A stretch of 64,000 nucleotides of DNA from Deltaproteobacteria bacterium (lineage in GTDB: Bacteria > Myxococcota_A > Polyangia > Fen-1088), in contig JANRKS010000002.1 in the NCBI GenBank assembly GCA_033763315.1, forward strand, positions 1 to 64,000, written 5' to 3'. The position numbers were made by a program, and so were the translations under genes. The notes under the pieces were generated by a model. The model made no database searches. It worked only from the letters and a program-made list of their open reading frames with translations, and was not told where the DNA came from. Positions 1 through 10,669 of the stretch are shown piece by piece (position 1 is the stretch's first letter; every line of letters starts with the position of its first letter).

Positions 1-410
1 AGCCCACGAAGCGCATCGCGAATGTTTGTATAGCCCCACCCCAAGGTTTCATTAGCCAAACGAAGGACAAGGTTGCGAACTTCATCAGCCTTTCGCGGGC
101 GACCCACGTTGCGCGAGCGTGAGCTGTCATATTTGCGGGCACTGAGCTGCCGATACCAGGCGAGGATGGTTTCGGGGCGAACGATGTGGCAGCAGTCCTT
201 GCGTTCCTTGGCCGTCAAATCCTTGCCCTTGATGGCGAGGCGGCGTCGATGGTCCGAGGCGAAAGCAAAACGCTTCTGGCCGGTGGCCTGCTGCAAGAGC
301 TCGATGAGGATGCGTTGCCCTTCACGCATATAGTCCATCTTCCGCGTCAGCCGATCAGTCAACGCCGAGGCGAGCATGGCGATGAAAAACTGAACGGTGG
401 CCGGAAGCAT
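1..410 (-). mobile_element. IS transposase (integrase-core/rve type), N-terminal part, truncated by the window edge
   Basis: Manual translation of the minus strand from ATG at 410 gives MLPATVQFFIAMLAS...[62 protein letters not shown], open to the edge. IVxPETILxWxR, GRPR and ENxxWGY are typical of integrase-core transposase N-termini. Not in the ORF track because it has no stop in the window. Confidence 0.8.
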
Positions 411-565
411 GGAAGGCGTCCAGAATCGCGTGCTTTGCCGCGACTTTCAAGACTGACCAACGCCGCGAATTCATGCGAGAATCGTCGCGATGCGTTTATG
501 TACATCACGCGACAATGAAGCCTATGCGCATCTTGAGCCATGCCACTGTAGCGAAATGTTAACCA

Positions 566-919
566 CTACCTCTTTTGCCAACGACATCCAGTCGCGAACG
601 AGCAGCTCGACTCATTGCTGTAGGAATTACATGGCCGTCGACTGCCGAAACAACTTTTTGAAAACCGGTTCCACTGGCAAGGGGACTGGCATGAATACAC
701 ATTTGCGAAGCTACACGAAGGAGGAAAGCCAACGCACCAGTACCGGTCTGGCTGGGGTCTGGGCTTGAATTTTATCGCGCTTTGGTTGACGTCGATCGAT
801 TCGTCAACTGTCTCGGAAACTTCAGCGAGAGACGAGTTGTCTTCGTCTGGCGGAACGTCGCCGCATGCACCCAACGCTGTTGTTACCACTAAAGCTGCAA
901 AAAATACCAAGTTCTTCAT
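566..919 (-). CDS. Small Cys-rich secreted lipoprotein/peptide precursor
   Basis: Lipobox ALGAC, acidic spacer, then two tandem 4-Cys units each ending C-x-W. GGAG RBS upstream. Confidence 0.75.
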   Translation of the reverse strand: MKNLVFFAALVVTTALGACGDVPPDEDNSSLAEVSETVDESIDVNQSAIKFKPRPQPDRYWCVGFPPSCSFANVYSCQSPCQWNRFSKSCFGSRRPCNSYSNESSCSFATGCRWQKR

Positions 920-1038
920 AAAACAACTCCGTTAAACGTGTGAGAGAAATGTTCGAGGTAGGGGTGATGGTCAGATCAAGTCGTAGTCATCACAAGCGAT
1001 GTCGTTACGACCATTCCCATTGAGATTCGGAAAGTGCG

Positions 1039-1566
1039 CTACTTTTGCTGATCGTCGCTGTCGAGCAGGTAAACGCCGTTCCATGTGCAGTACACGCTTT
1101 CCTTGTTCACGTAAGACGTTCCCATGCAGAGGGCCAGGCCCTCGTTGCAAGAGACCGGCTGCGAATGGCCTTGGGCGTTTTCTGACGTAAACTCATAGAA
1201 GCCGCGTCCGTCTAAGCCGGCGCAGACGCTTTCGTCACACTTATCTAGACAGGCGACGAGCGTGTCTTGTGCGTGGGAACCGCATTCCGCCTCGGCGAAC
1301 ACGTGTGGGTTTCTGATGGCAGCAACACAGTCGTCGTAGGCGGCGGCGTGCACTTGCTCGCAGCCACACGCCGGGCCAAATGAAGATGAAAGCGGGGCAG
1401 GAGGGACGTCAAGCTTGGGCTTGTGTTGGTCTTGGCTTTCGTCGTCGACTCGATCGAGCGTGCCATTTTGTTTACGCAAGGCCTCGTCGAGGGGGCCTCG
1501 ATAAACATCACAGCCGCTTGTGACAACCAAAGCGAACGCCGCGAAACATGCGTAACGAGTGAACAT
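1039..1566 (-). CDS. Hypothetical Cys-rich lipoprotein
   Basis: Signal peptide ending VTSGC, multiple Cys, strong AGGAGG RBS upstream of the ATG. Confidence 0.7.
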   Translation of the reverse strand: MFTRYACFAAFALVVTSGCDVYRGPLDEALRKQNGTLDRVDDESQDQHKPKLDVPPAPLSSSFGPACGCEQVHAAAYDDCVAAIRNPHVFAEAECGSHAQDTLVACLDKCDESVCAGLDGRGFYEFTSENAQGHSQPVSCNEGLALCMGTSYVNKESVYCTWNGVYLLDSDDQQK

Positions 1567-1990
1567 GGGAACCTCCTGAAAGTGTCGTCGTCAGAAAGAC
1601 AGATTCGTCTTTTAGGAGGTCTTGCTGCGGTGTTGGCGTCCATTACAAAGCGCCACGCGCTAAAACGGCGCAAATGCATTTGTCTAGGTAATGTGACGGA
1701 TCAGTCTCCTCGGGCACGTACGCGGCTCGAATCTCCGAAACAAGCTTGTACGCGTCCCTTTCCGTTGGCATCTGATCCCGCAGGAGATGCCTGTGCATCA
1801 GGATCACGGGCTAGATGTTTGTGAAATCATGCGCAATGCCACCCGCCAACTGGCCGACGGCTTCCATCTTTTGTGATTGATAGAGCTGTTGCTGCACGTT
1901 GCCCAATGCCGCCTCGGCGCGTTTGCGCTCTTCCGCCTCAACAAACGCACATTCTCGATGGCGACGTCGGGCCGCTTCGCCGTTTCGTGT

Positions 1991-3943
1991 TCACGGTGCG
2001 CTGTACGTGAGCGTCAGACCATCCACCAGTTTGCTGGCGTTGCAGCTGTAGCTCAACGCAGCTGCCGCTCCACCCTGTATGGCTGCTGTGGCACTACGGC
2101 CTTGGTTGTAGGTCGCGCTGCCTGAAGTGGTGGCCGCGTAGCAAACCTGAATGTCGTTGCTGCCTTCTTCCAGTACCGCACGAACATCGACGGGCGTCGA
2201 GCCGCCACCAAAGATGGTGCCCGTCCATTGCACGACAAACCGGCGGTTCGGTGCCGCTCCGAGCGCTTGGTGATAGACGGCGCCGTTTGGATGCAGATGC
2301 TCCCAGAACACCGCGATTTGCGGGCTCGTGCCACTTGGCAGGCATGAATTGGTCGTGCTGGCGGTGGTCCCATCGAAGTTCAAGGTGCCTTGCGCGCTGA
2401 TCTGAACCGCGGTCCGCGCAATGCCGTAGAACGTGAATGAGAAGGGTAACGTCACAGCTACCGAGCCGTGGTTGGCAACGCCGGTCCGTGTGCCACTCAG
2501 ACGAATGTCTTCGCAAGGCAACGTCGCCACGGGCACAGTGCGCTCGCAGCCGACGTATCCTCCGCTCATTCCGAAGGACTGACAGCCGATCGAGCCACAA
2601 AAGCCAGTCGTGCACATGCCGGTGGCGCAGTCGGTGGGGGCGCTGCACGATCTGAAGTCGGCGCAGCGCGGACATGTGGTGGAACCGCCGCAGTCAATAT
2701 CGGTTTCTCCTTGGTTGCGCACGCCATCAGAACACGATGGCGCCGCGCACATGCCGGCGCTGCACACTCCGGAGGCACAGTCGCTGCCCACCGCGCACTT
2801 TGCGCCCACCACGCAGTCGGCGCAATCGGCGCCGCCGCAGTCGACGTCCGATTCGGTTCCGTTTTGCACCATGTCGGTGCAGGCGGGCGCCACGCAGACG
2901 TTGTTTGCGCACTTCTTGCTCGCACAGTCAGCCGCGCCGTTGCAAGCGCGTCCATTGGCACAAGCCGCACATGAAGTGCCGCCGCAATCGATGTCGGATT
3001 CGTCTGCTGTGAGCTTGCCATCGCTACACGATATGCAAATGCCGCCTTGGCATCGAGCGCTTCTGCAGTCAGCGACCGCCATGCACATTTTGCCATCCGC
3101 GCAGTCACCGCACACGGTGCCGCCGCAATCAACGTCGCTTTCGTCCGCGTTTTTCACGCCGTCGGAACATGAGATGCAGACGTTCGAAACGCAACGCTTG
3201 CTGCTGCATCCAGCGTTGCCTGTGCAGGCCAGCCCATCTTGGCACGCGCCACACAGGGTGCCGCCACAATCAACGTCCGTCTCGTCCCCGTTCTTGATCT
3301 CGTCGTTGCACGAGGAACAGACTCCAAGTTCACAGCGACCTCCAGCGCAATCCGAGGCGTTTGTGCATTTTTTCGTATCTGCACACTTGCCGCACGCTGA
3401 TCCACCGCAGTCGACGTCCGATTCACCTTGGTTCTTGGCCTTGTCCGAGCAGGTCGGCGCAGCGCAGGTGCCACCAGAGCACACCAAACTCACGCAGTCG
3501 CTAAAGGTCTTGCACGACTTATTCTCGAAGCAGGGCGCACAAGCGCCGCCACAGTCGATGTCGGTCTCGTTGCCGTTCTTCATTTGGTCGCTGCAGCGCA
3601 GTTCTTCGCATTTGCCAGCCGCGCAGACGTTGCTTAGGCAATCGCGATGGTCGCCGCACGCCACGCCGGCGGGACACGCGGCACAGCTGCCGCCACAGTC
3701 GGTGGCCGTCTCGTCACCGTTCTTCACACGATCGTTGCACGTGTTGCCGGGCGCATCCATGTCTATGGGAACCCCGCCCTCCGCGGCGCCCGAGGCGCCC
3801 GCCTGGCCCGCGTCGCCGGCACCGGATCCCCCTTGAACCATCGAATTCGCGTCCGCTGCGGGTAGAGACTGCCCGTCGCCGCCTCCGCACCCGCACGCCC
3901 ACGTAATCACGAAGCAAAGAACGATCCCCACCTGTCGTTTCAT
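1991..3943 (-). CDS. Myxobacterial Cys-rich repeat surface lipoprotein with C-terminal nidogen(NIDO)-like domain
   Basis: Start reassigned to MKRQVGIVLC (GGAAGG RBS, signal ending CGC). Eight CxDxxxxxxExDxDCGG repeats. C-terminal LPFSFTFYG...IAVFWEHL...RRFVVQW is NIDO-like. Confidence 0.8.
   Translation of the reverse strand: MKRQVGIVLCFVITWACGCGGGDGQSLPAADANSMVQGGSGAGDAGQAGASGAAEGGVPIDMDAPGNTCNDRVKNGDETATDCGGSCAACPAGVACGDHRDCLSNVCAAGKCEELRCSDQMKNGNETDIDCGGACAPCFENKSCKTFSDCVSLVCSGGTCAAPTCSDKAKNQGESDVDCGGSACGKCADTKKCTNASDCAGGRCELGVCSSCNDEIKNGDETDVDCGGTLCGACQDGLACTGNAGCSSKRCVSNVCISCSDGVKNADESDVDCGGTVCGDCADGKMCMAVADCRSARCQGGICISCSDGKLTADESDIDCGGTSCAACANGRACNGAADCASKKCANNVCVAPACTDMVQNGTESDVDCGGADCADCVVGAKCAVGSDCASGVCSAGMCAAPSCSDGVRNQGETDIDCGGSTTCPRCADFRSCSAPTDCATGMCTTGFCGSIGCQSFGMSGGYVGCERTVPVATLPCEDIRLSGTRTGVANHGSVAVTLPFSFTFYGIARTAVQISAQGTLNFDGTTASTTNSCLPSGTSPQIAVFWEHLHPNGAVYHQALGAAPNRRFVVQWTGTIFGGGSTPVDVRAVLEEGSNDIQVCYAATTSGSATYNQGRSATAAIQGGAAAALSYSCNASKLVDGLTLTYSAP
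2590..3739 (-). repeat. Eight tandem ~45-50 aa Cys-rich protein repeats (CxDGxKNxxETDVDCGG)
   Basis: Units begin CNDRVKN, CSDQMKN, CSDKAKN, CNDEIKN, CSDGVKN, CSDGKLT, CTDMVQN, CSDGVRN. Confidence 0.85.
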
Positions 3944-4208
3944 CAAGCCGCCCTTCCGATTTGCTGCCGTTGCCGCAGCGTTATTCAATAGTCCGTCGCT
4001 ACGCCGCGGCACGCGCAGGTCCAACGGAGAATTCGACCTGCGCGTCGACGAAATGACGGGTAACGTTCGATTCGGCTGGTTGATGCTCTTGCTTGAGGGC
4101 GATCCGACATCCGCAGCGTCGGGCTGCGGGGCAGCCAACGCGAACGCGGGAATGATGGGCGAAGTGCGGGTGCCCTGAACGCCCGGCCGATCCTTGCCAC
4201 GCGTCGTC

Positions 4209-6665
4209 TCATCGCAGCCGAACGTTACGCAGTCGCAAGGCGTTTGCGATAACGGATACAGAGCTAAGACTCATGGCGGCGCTCGCCAACATGGGGCTAA
4301 GAAGCCATCCGAAGAGGGGATAGAGGGCACCCGCGGCGATCGGCACGCCCAGCACGTTGTAAAAGAATGCGAAGAACAAGTTCTGCCGGATGTTGCTCAT
4401 CGTGGCTTGGCTTAGGCGGCGCGCTTTTAGAATGCCTGTCAAATCGCCGCGCATCAAAGTGATGTCTGCGCTTTGTATGGCCACATCGGTGCCGGTGCCC
4501 ATCGCGATGCCAACGTCCGCTTGCGCGAGCGCGGGGGCATCGTTCACACCGTCACCGGCCATCGCCACCTTGTGACCTTCTTGCTTGAGCTGCAGAATGA
4601 GGGCGCGCTTCTGTTCGGGCGTTACCTCCGCTATCACCTTGTCGAGCCCGAGCTTCTTGGAAACAGCCTGAGCCGTCACCGGATTGTCGCCAGTCAACAC
4701 GATGATCGACAGGCCCGCGGCCTTCAAACCAGCAACCGCGGTTGGCGCCGACGCTTTGATCGGGTCCGCGACGGCTACGGCACCCGCAAGCGTGCCATCT
4801 ACGGCGAGGAATATAACGGTTTCGCCTTGGGCACGACGTTGCTGCACTTCTTCGTCCAGCGTGTTGGTGTCGGCGCCCGCTGATTTCATCATCGCGGCAT
4901 TGCCCAAGTGCAAACGCTTGCCTTGCGTCGATGCCACCACACCTTGTCCGGTGATCGATTGAAAGTCTGTGGTTGGTAGAAGAGCGATGTTGCGCTCCTT
5001 GGCGGCTGCCACAATTGCCGAAGCCAATGGATGTTCGCTGCCTGTTTCCACGCTGGCCGCAAACTGTACGACTTGTTCCTCGGTGAAGGCGGCCCCGACC
5101 AAAACGCCTACCAACCTCGGTTTGCCTTCGGTCAAGGTGCCGGTTTTATCGATCACCAAGGTGTCGACCTTCTCCATCGTCTCCAACGCCTGCGCGTTTT
5201 TGACCAGCGTTCCCGCGTGCGCTCCTGCACCCACACCAACCATAATGGACATGGGCGTAGCGAGACCCAAGGCACAGGGGCAAGCGATGATCAGAACGGC
5301 CACGGCATTGACGAGGGCATGCGGTAAACGCGGAGCCGGCCCCAAAAAGAACCACACCGCAAACGTTGCCACGGCGATCAAAATGACTGCCGGCACGAAA
5401 TAGGACGACACGCGGTCCGCCAGCTTTTGAATGGGGGCCCGGCTGCGCTGCGCCTCACTCACCATCTTTACTATCTGGGCAAGCATTGTTTCGTTGCCCA
5501 CCTTTTGCGCGGTGATAACCAAGCTGCCCGTGCCGTTGACCGTGCCGCCCGTAACGCTGTCGCCAACATTCTTTTGCACGGGCAACGATTCACCTGTAAC
5601 CATCGATTCGTCAACAGCGCTGCGTCCTTCATTCACCGTCCCGTCCACCGGCACTTTTTCGCCGGGACGCACGCGCACCCTGTCGCCCACTTGCACTTGA
5701 TCTAGACCGACCTCTTCGTCTTCACCTCTCGCAGAAGTGCGCAAAGCGGTTTTCGGCGCCAAACGCAGAAGACTTTTGATCGCACCCGACGTTTGGCTGC
5801 GCGCACGCAGTTCCAGTAGTTGCCCTAACAATACCAGCGTCGTGATGACGGCGGCCGCTTCGTAATACACGCCCGCCGCGCCGGTGTGCGTTTGCAATGA
5901 CGCCGGAAACCAATCGGGAAAAAGCGTCGCAGCGACGCTGTAAAGAAATGCCACGCTGATGCCCATCGCAATCAGCGTGAACATGTTGAGACTACGGTTC
6001 TTCACCGACGCGTATCCGCGCACAAAGAACGGCCATCCGCCCCAGAGCACAACCGGAGTCGCAAGCGCGAGTTGCAGCCAGTTCAGTGCCTGCGACGAAA
6101 TGGCGTGTTGCAGCGGTGCCCCCGGAATCAGATCCGACATTCCGATGAGGAACAAAGGCAACGACAGGGCGGCGCTGATCCAAAAGCGCCGACGCATATC
6201 CACCAGCTCAGGGTTTTCGGTGTCGGAACTGGTGACGGTGCGCGGTTCAAGCGCCATCCCGCAGATCGGGCACGAACCCGGGGCGTCACGTACAACCTCC
6301 GGGTGCATGGGGCATACGTAGTCGGTTTTCGATGGTGGCCGCGGCATTTCGGGCTCAAGAGCCATTCCGCATTTGGGGCACGCCCCCGGATGATCCTGCC
6401 GCACTTCTGGATGCATGGGGCAGATAAACATGGTGCCCCTGGGCTGCGCGGGTGCCGCCGGCTTTGGCTGAGGCGACGCGTAAGTTAATGGCGCAGCAAC
6501 AAACTTCTCGCGGCAACGAGGACTGCAGAAATAGAAAGTCTTTCCGTCGTGTTTGGCCGTTCCGCCCTTGGCTGTGTCTGAGGCGATCGACATGCCGCAG
6601 ACTGGATCAATGACCTTGCCGTCTACGCGGGCGACATTCTTTTCGTGTTCGTGCAGGTGTTGCAT
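4209..6665 (-). CDS. copA: Cu(I)/Ag(I)-translocating P1B-type ATPase with YHS and two CPMHP heavy-metal-binding domains
   Basis: DPVCGM/FCSPRC (YHS), 2x [31 protein letters not shown] and MSLSS metal ligands. Confidence 0.95.
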   Translation of the reverse strand: MQHLHEHEKNVARVDGKVIDPVCGMSIASDTAKGGTAKHDGKTFYFCSPRCREKFVAAPLTYASPQPKPAAPAQPRGTMFICPMHPEVRQDHPGACPKCGMALEPEMPRPPSKTDYVCPMHPEVVRDAPGSCPICGMALEPRTVTSSDTENPELVDMRRRFWISAALSLPLFLIGMSDLIPGAPLQHAISSQALNWLQLALATPVVLWGGWPFFVRGYASVKNRSLNMFTLIAMGISVAFLYSVAATLFPDWFPASLQTHTGAAGVYYEAAAVITTLVLLGQLLELRARSQTSGAIKSLLRLAPKTALRTSARGEDEEVGLDQVQVGDRVRVRPGEKVPVDGTVNEGRSAVDESMVTGESLPVQKNVGDSVTGGTVNGTGSLVITAQKVGNETMLAQIVKMVSEAQRSRAPIQKLADRVSSYFVPAVILIAVATFAVWFFLGPAPRLPHALVNAVAVLIIACPCALGLATPMSIMVGVGAGAHAGTLVKNAQALETMEKVDTLVIDKTGTLTEGKPRLVGVLVGAAFTEEQVVQFAASVETGSEHPLASAIVAAAKERNIALLPTTDFQSITGQGVVASTQGKRLHLGNAAMMKSAGADTNTLDEEVQQRRAQGETVIFLAVDGTLAGAVAVADPIKASAPTAVAGLKAAGLSIIVLTGDNPVTAQAVSKKLGLDKVIAEVTPEQKRALILQLKQEGHKVAMAGDGVNDAPALAQADVGIAMGTGTDVAIQSADITLMRGDLTGILKARRLSQATMSNIRQNLFFAFFYNVLGVPIAAGALYPLFGWLLSPMLASAAMSLSSVSVIANALRLRNVRLR

Positions 6666-6684
6666 CTCTTCCTCTATAAGTGAA

Positions 6685-6710
6685 ACGCAAAGCTCCCTGG
6701 ATCATTACAG
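6685..6710 (-). promoter_or_regulatory. Candidate ECF (CorE-type) promoter of copA: CTGTAAT-N12-TTTGCGT
   Basis: Both 7-mers and the spacing are identical to the motif upstream of copZ (10670-10695). Confidence 0.65.
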
Positions 6711-6896
6711 CCACCAACGCCGCCGTACACCCATTTCACCCAATCGCAGCATTGAAAGGTCAATTGGCATTCTACGCCGACAAGCCGACGAGTTTCACAC
6801 CTTGCGTGCCGTGGCCTTCGAAGCAAGTGAACGCTTCGGGCAGCAATCTCCAGTCGCGTGCAGCTTGGCGGCGATTCGTTGCCAATGGCACTGGTT

Positions 6897-9410
6897 TCAG
6901 TGCGCCACGGCCGCTGCGGGTGAAAGCTCCGACTCTGAATTTGCGCCGTTCGCTGACACCGCGTAGTAATAGGTTTTTCCTGCTTCGTCAGGCACGTCGG
7001 TGAGTGACGTTGTTGGGCGCATCAGTGCCACCGAAAGCCAGGGGCCGTCGGCGCTCGAAGCGCGATGAAGGTTATAGGAAAGGGCGCCTGGCACCGCTGT
7101 CCACGAGGCTTTCACCACGCCCGAAGCGGTTTGCACTGTGGGCATGGATGGCGCATTTCCGTTTGGCGCAACACCTTGACCCAACCAATCGTTCTTTGGC
7201 CACATCGCGGCTCCGAAACGCGCCAAAGCATTGACCACGCAAGGATGCACGTTCACCGCTCGCAATTCGGGCAACCCCGAAAACAAATTGTCTGCGAGGC
7301 TGCGGCTTCGCGTTTCGACTGACCCTTCGCCGACCACACGATCGGCATTTAGAAAGTTGGCGCCGTCTTCCGTTTTGTCATAGTTCTCGGCACGCCATCG
7401 TTCCACCGACCATGAGCCGATCTTTTCGGCCCACACCTGCACGGTGGCCTCCAACGCCTTTCGCCGTTGGGGATGCGCGCTATCTGCCCACCAGGCGCGC
7501 ACTTCGGGTTGTCCAAGGCCAATGGGACGAAGTGGGTTGGACGTCGCCAAGCTGAAACCATCGTAGAACTTTGGACCAAGGCCAGTGTCGCGCTCCTCCA
7601 TGGCCTTGATCCCCCACGCAAGACGACGCCCTCCTTCGTAAAGCCCGCCCGTTGCGGCCATAACGCTGTGAAGGAATCCGTACGCGTAGCCGTAGTCGGT
7701 GCATCGATGCCCACCGCAACTGCGTTGACCGCCATTCAGAGAAAGCTGTAGGTGATACCAACTATTGCTGAGGTATTCGTAATTGACCCGCGTGTTTCCG
7801 ATCGTGCTGCCCGTCCAACGCGCGTCTGAGGAATCGGCGCAAGGCTCAAGAGGGCAGGTGGGGCCGCCGCGAATTCCTTGCAGAAAGGGCGAGGTGTCAA
7901 ACAAGTGCCGCTCACTGAACCACGCGCGTGGTTCGCCCGTGGGATAGGCCTTGGGCGCGTAACCCTCTAGGCCGTACTTGTTCATCAGCTCCCACGTCTT
8001 GACCTGTCCCCACACGGCTGCCGAATAGACTTGCCGAGCCAGCAAGTCGCTCCACGGTCCCTCGAAAGCGATTTCGGGTGGAACTTTGAGGATGCGTCTA
8101 CGCAGCTCCCACAACGCGTCCCGCCAGCCGATAAAGTCGCTACGAGCGCCTGCCGTGGGGAACAAGAAGGGCGAGGGATTGGAGTTAGCAAGGTAAGCGT
8201 CGAGTTCGGTTTGTGACTTTGATTTTTCGCGCAGTCTGTCGCGTAAGGCCTTAAAGCGCTGGCTTGCCAAAGTGGTGTCAAAATCGTCCGAGATGGCATC
8301 TTTGGGGTGAATTTCAGGAAGCCAGTGGTTCCAGTCAGGCAATTGAAGACCCACGGGCACATCGATAAGCGAAAAGCGCTTGAGTTCGTTCCCTTGTGCC
8401 AACGAGTCTCGATTCCAGCCAGCCTTGAAGATGGCCGCGAGCGTCGCGTCTTCGTCCACGATTGAATCGAGGCCAGCGCCGGCCGAAAACGCTGCAAGAG
8501 GGCGGCTCGAATTTCCGGCCCCGGGTTGAAAAGGTGGGTTCCAGGGGCGTCCGTAGACGCCGACGTCCACGTCTCGGATATACGCGGCAATGTCTTCGCC
8601 CTGCGCCTGCGTGAGCCCATGAAACTTTGCACGTTCAATGATGGCGTGGTTCGAGTAGGCGAAGTACTTAAGGTCTCGACCATCTTCCGCGTGGCAATCG
8701 CCGCAATGAGCTCGCAGCGTCTTCGTTGATTGGGCGCCCTCTGTCAGATCTGCCGATTGCCACAAGGTGGCACCGGTCGCGGCGTTCGCACCCGCCGGCG
8801 CTTTCCAGGCAAGGGGATCGTTTTCCTTGAACAAGGTTGCAGGCAAAAGGCGAGTTCCGTCGGCGTCGAGGAAATTGAAGCCAAGGACCCGAAATCCCAT
8901 CGACAGACCGTCGCTTCTTTCGAAACGAAAGCGAATGGTGTTTGAACCCGTCTGCACGGCGCCAGGAGGTAAATCGAATGACAGCGACAGAACGGCGAAT
9001 CCACCGCCGATGCCACCCCACGACCGTGCCGGCCCTTCAACGTTGACGGCTTCGTTGCTCAAGCGCACCCACGGCGCATCGTTTACTTGAACGCTTGCTT
9101 TGAGGGCGTACCGAACGTTGTGGAGCTTGACCCAGAGCTTGCGAGAACGAGTGGCCACGGCGGCTGTGGCCACAACGGTGACTTCGCTCGTTATGCCGTC
9201 TTTGCCGAAGATCTCGATCGGTAGGGTCACGACATCCGTGGCATCTACGTTTGGCTTCGTTGTGCCTCCGGACCCCCCACGTTCGCCTTCACCTCCGTCG
9301 TTCGTTCTGGGGCTACCATTAAGCGAGTCGGTTATTGAACCGGAGCAACCCGGCAGCATCAGGCCGAGAAACACAAAGAACACTTGTGTCTGACTCTTGG
9401 CGTTTTTCAT
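6897..9410 (-). CDS. Uncharacterised lipoprotein with a single CxxCH (cytochrome c-like) motif and C-terminal fibronectin type III domain
   Basis: Lipobox LPGC, Gly-rich tether, RAHCGDCH, C-terminal SWTAVPGALSYNLHR...YYYAVSA...ESELS (FN3). Confidence 0.8.
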   Translation of the reverse strand: MKNAKSQTQVFFVFLGLMLPGCSGSITDSLNGSPRTNDGGEGERGGSGGTTKPNVDATDVVTLPIEIFGKDGITSEVTVVATAAVATRSRKLWVKLHNVRYALKASVQVNDAPWVRLSNEAVNVEGPARSWGGIGGGFAVLSLSFDLPPGAVQTGSNTIRFRFERSDGLSMGFRVLGFNFLDADGTRLLPATLFKENDPLAWKAPAGANAATGATLWQSADLTEGAQSTKTLRAHCGDCHAEDGRDLKYFAYSNHAIIERAKFHGLTQAQGEDIAAYIRDVDVGVYGRPWNPPFQPGAGNSSRPLAAFSAGAGLDSIVDEDATLAAIFKAGWNRDSLAQGNELKRFSLIDVPVGLQLPDWNHWLPEIHPKDAISDDFDTTLASQRFKALRDRLREKSKSQTELDAYLANSNPSPFLFPTAGARSDFIGWRDALWELRRRILKVPPEIAFEGPWSDLLARQVYSAAVWGQVKTWELMNKYGLEGYAPKAYPTGEPRAWFSERHLFDTSPFLQGIRGGPTCPLEPCADSSDARWTGSTIGNTRVNYEYLSNSWYHLQLSLNGGQRSCGGHRCTDYGYAYGFLHSVMAATGGLYEGGRRLAWGIKAMEERDTGLGPKFYDGFSLATSNPLRPIGLGQPEVRAWWADSAHPQRRKALEATVQVWAEKIGSWSVERWRAENYDKTEDGANFLNADRVVGEGSVETRSRSLADNLFSGLPELRAVNVHPCVVNALARFGAAMWPKNDWLGQGVAPNGNAPSMPTVQTASGVVKASWTAVPGALSYNLHRASSADGPWLSVALMRPTTSLTDVPDEAGKTYYYAVSANGANSESELSPAAAVAH

Positions 9411-9537
9411 GCAGACCAATGTTATTTAGCATATACCCCGTGATGAGCGGTCGCCTTGAAAAACCGATCGCACGAGCTTTCAAACGAAGGTCATCTACGC
9501 AAATCATGCAAGAATCTGTGGTCCAATAGACGCGGCG

Positions 9538-10134
9538 CTACCGCTTCAACCCACAGCTGCAGTCGAGGCAACCGTGCTCGGCGCAGGTGCCGCAGGATCG
9601 TTTGACCTGGTTGCGCAAAGCTTCGCGTGCGCGGAAAATTCTGACGGCAGCGTTGCCCGTTGAGATGCCTGCTTCGGCCGCATAGTCTTTGACAGCCATC
9701 CCTGCAACCTCCACGCGATCGAGCGCCGTCGCATACTCTGGCTTAAGCGTTTGTGCCAAGTGGCCCACGCACGCGCATATCGCGGTTTTCATGCCTTCGT
9801 CGGGCTCGCTCTGCTGCGCAGATTCGCATGCGAACGCTTCGAGAGCTTTGCTGGCCGTCTTTTGCCGGCGGTGGTAATCGATCGCTGCATTTCTGAGCGT
9901 GCGGTAGAACCAGGCGATCACAGACTCCTCGTTGTTTCCCGAAACGTGGCCCATGCCGCGAACGAACGCGTCTTGGAGGATCTCTTCTGCGATCGCGCGG
10001 CTGCCCACGCGACGTTCCAAGAAACCGAGGAAGTTGCGGTGGTTGTCTACGAACACACCGACAACATCAGCCACCGGGCGTTCGGGTGTGTCCCCGCTTG
10101 CGGCCAAGCTCTCGTTTTCGCGCATGTTGATCAT
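9538..10134 (-). CDS. CorE-like metal-dependent ECF sigma factor
   Basis: Sigma region 2 (AEEILQDAF...WFYRTLRNAAIDYHR) and region 4, CxC linker (ICAC) and C-terminal Cys-rich tail SCGTCAEHGCLDCSC, as in Myxococcus CorE. Lies among copper genes. Start may be 10125. Confidence 0.88.
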   Translation of the reverse strand: MINMRENESLAASGDTPERPVADVVGVFVDNHRNFLGFLERRVGSRAIAEEILQDAFVRGMGHVSGNNEESVIAWFYRTLRNAAIDYHRRQKTASKALEAFACESAQQSEPDEGMKTAICACVGHLAQTLKPEYATALDRVEVAGMAVKDYAAEAGISTGNAAVRIFRAREALRNQVKRSCGTCAEHGCLDCSCGLKR

Positions 10135-10149
10135 TCTACCTCGGCAGCA

Positions 10150-10660
10150 CGCGAATGTTCCCGTGGATCATGTTCATCCCGCAGTGAAAAGCGTACGCGG
10201 CGAACGGGTGCGCATTCGGTTCGGCAACTTGTCGCCGATGGATCATCATCCCATTCATTTACACGGGCTTTCGTTCGTGGTCACAGGCACCGACGGTGGA
10301 AACATACCCCTCTCGGCGCAGGTGCCTGAAACGACGGTGCTGCTTCCCACCGGCAGCACGCGCGTGATCGAGTTCGTTCCCACCGAGCCCGGTGATTGGC
10401 CCATGCACTGCCACATGACCCACCACACGATGATGGAGATGCCGCTGCCCCCCAACAGCGCACCCATGCGCGGTGGCCCTGGCCCGTTCAGCTACATCGA
10501 CATGGGCGGCATGTTCACGCTGCTCAAGGTGCGTGAGCAACCTCGCGCCGAAGACGCGCAGGGCTGGTACGCGCATCCGCCAGGCACCGTCGCAGGGCCT
10601 GCGGATCTCGCGCGTATGCGCAGCGACGGCGTGGTCGCAGAGGTCTCGCAAGCGCCATAG
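10150..10660 (+). pseudogene. C-terminal fragment of a multicopper oxidase
   Basis: GERVRIRFGNLS..DHHPIHLHG and PGDWPMHCHMTHH copper motifs present. No N-terminal domain or signal peptide. The upstream part of the 9932 ORF is only the antisense of the sigma gene. Confidence 0.8.
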
Positions 10661-10669
10661 TCGTTAGGT

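Noticed and set aside
2590-3739. Periodic GCCGCC(G/A)CA(G/A)TCG repeats resembling a CRISPR array
   Set aside because: They are degenerate, in-frame codons of the DCGG protein repeat. The intervening sequences are homologous and no cas genes are present.
2610-3836. Long antisense ORFs (408 aa here; also 22526-23923, 36534-37967, 28230-29399, 12896-13786)
   Set aside because: These are shadow frames of well-supported genes in GC-rich DNA, with no recognisable motifs.
9932-10660. 242-aa ORF as an intact multicopper oxidase
   Set aside because: The first ~70 codons overlap the sigma gene antisense. The N-terminal copper domain and export signal are absent.
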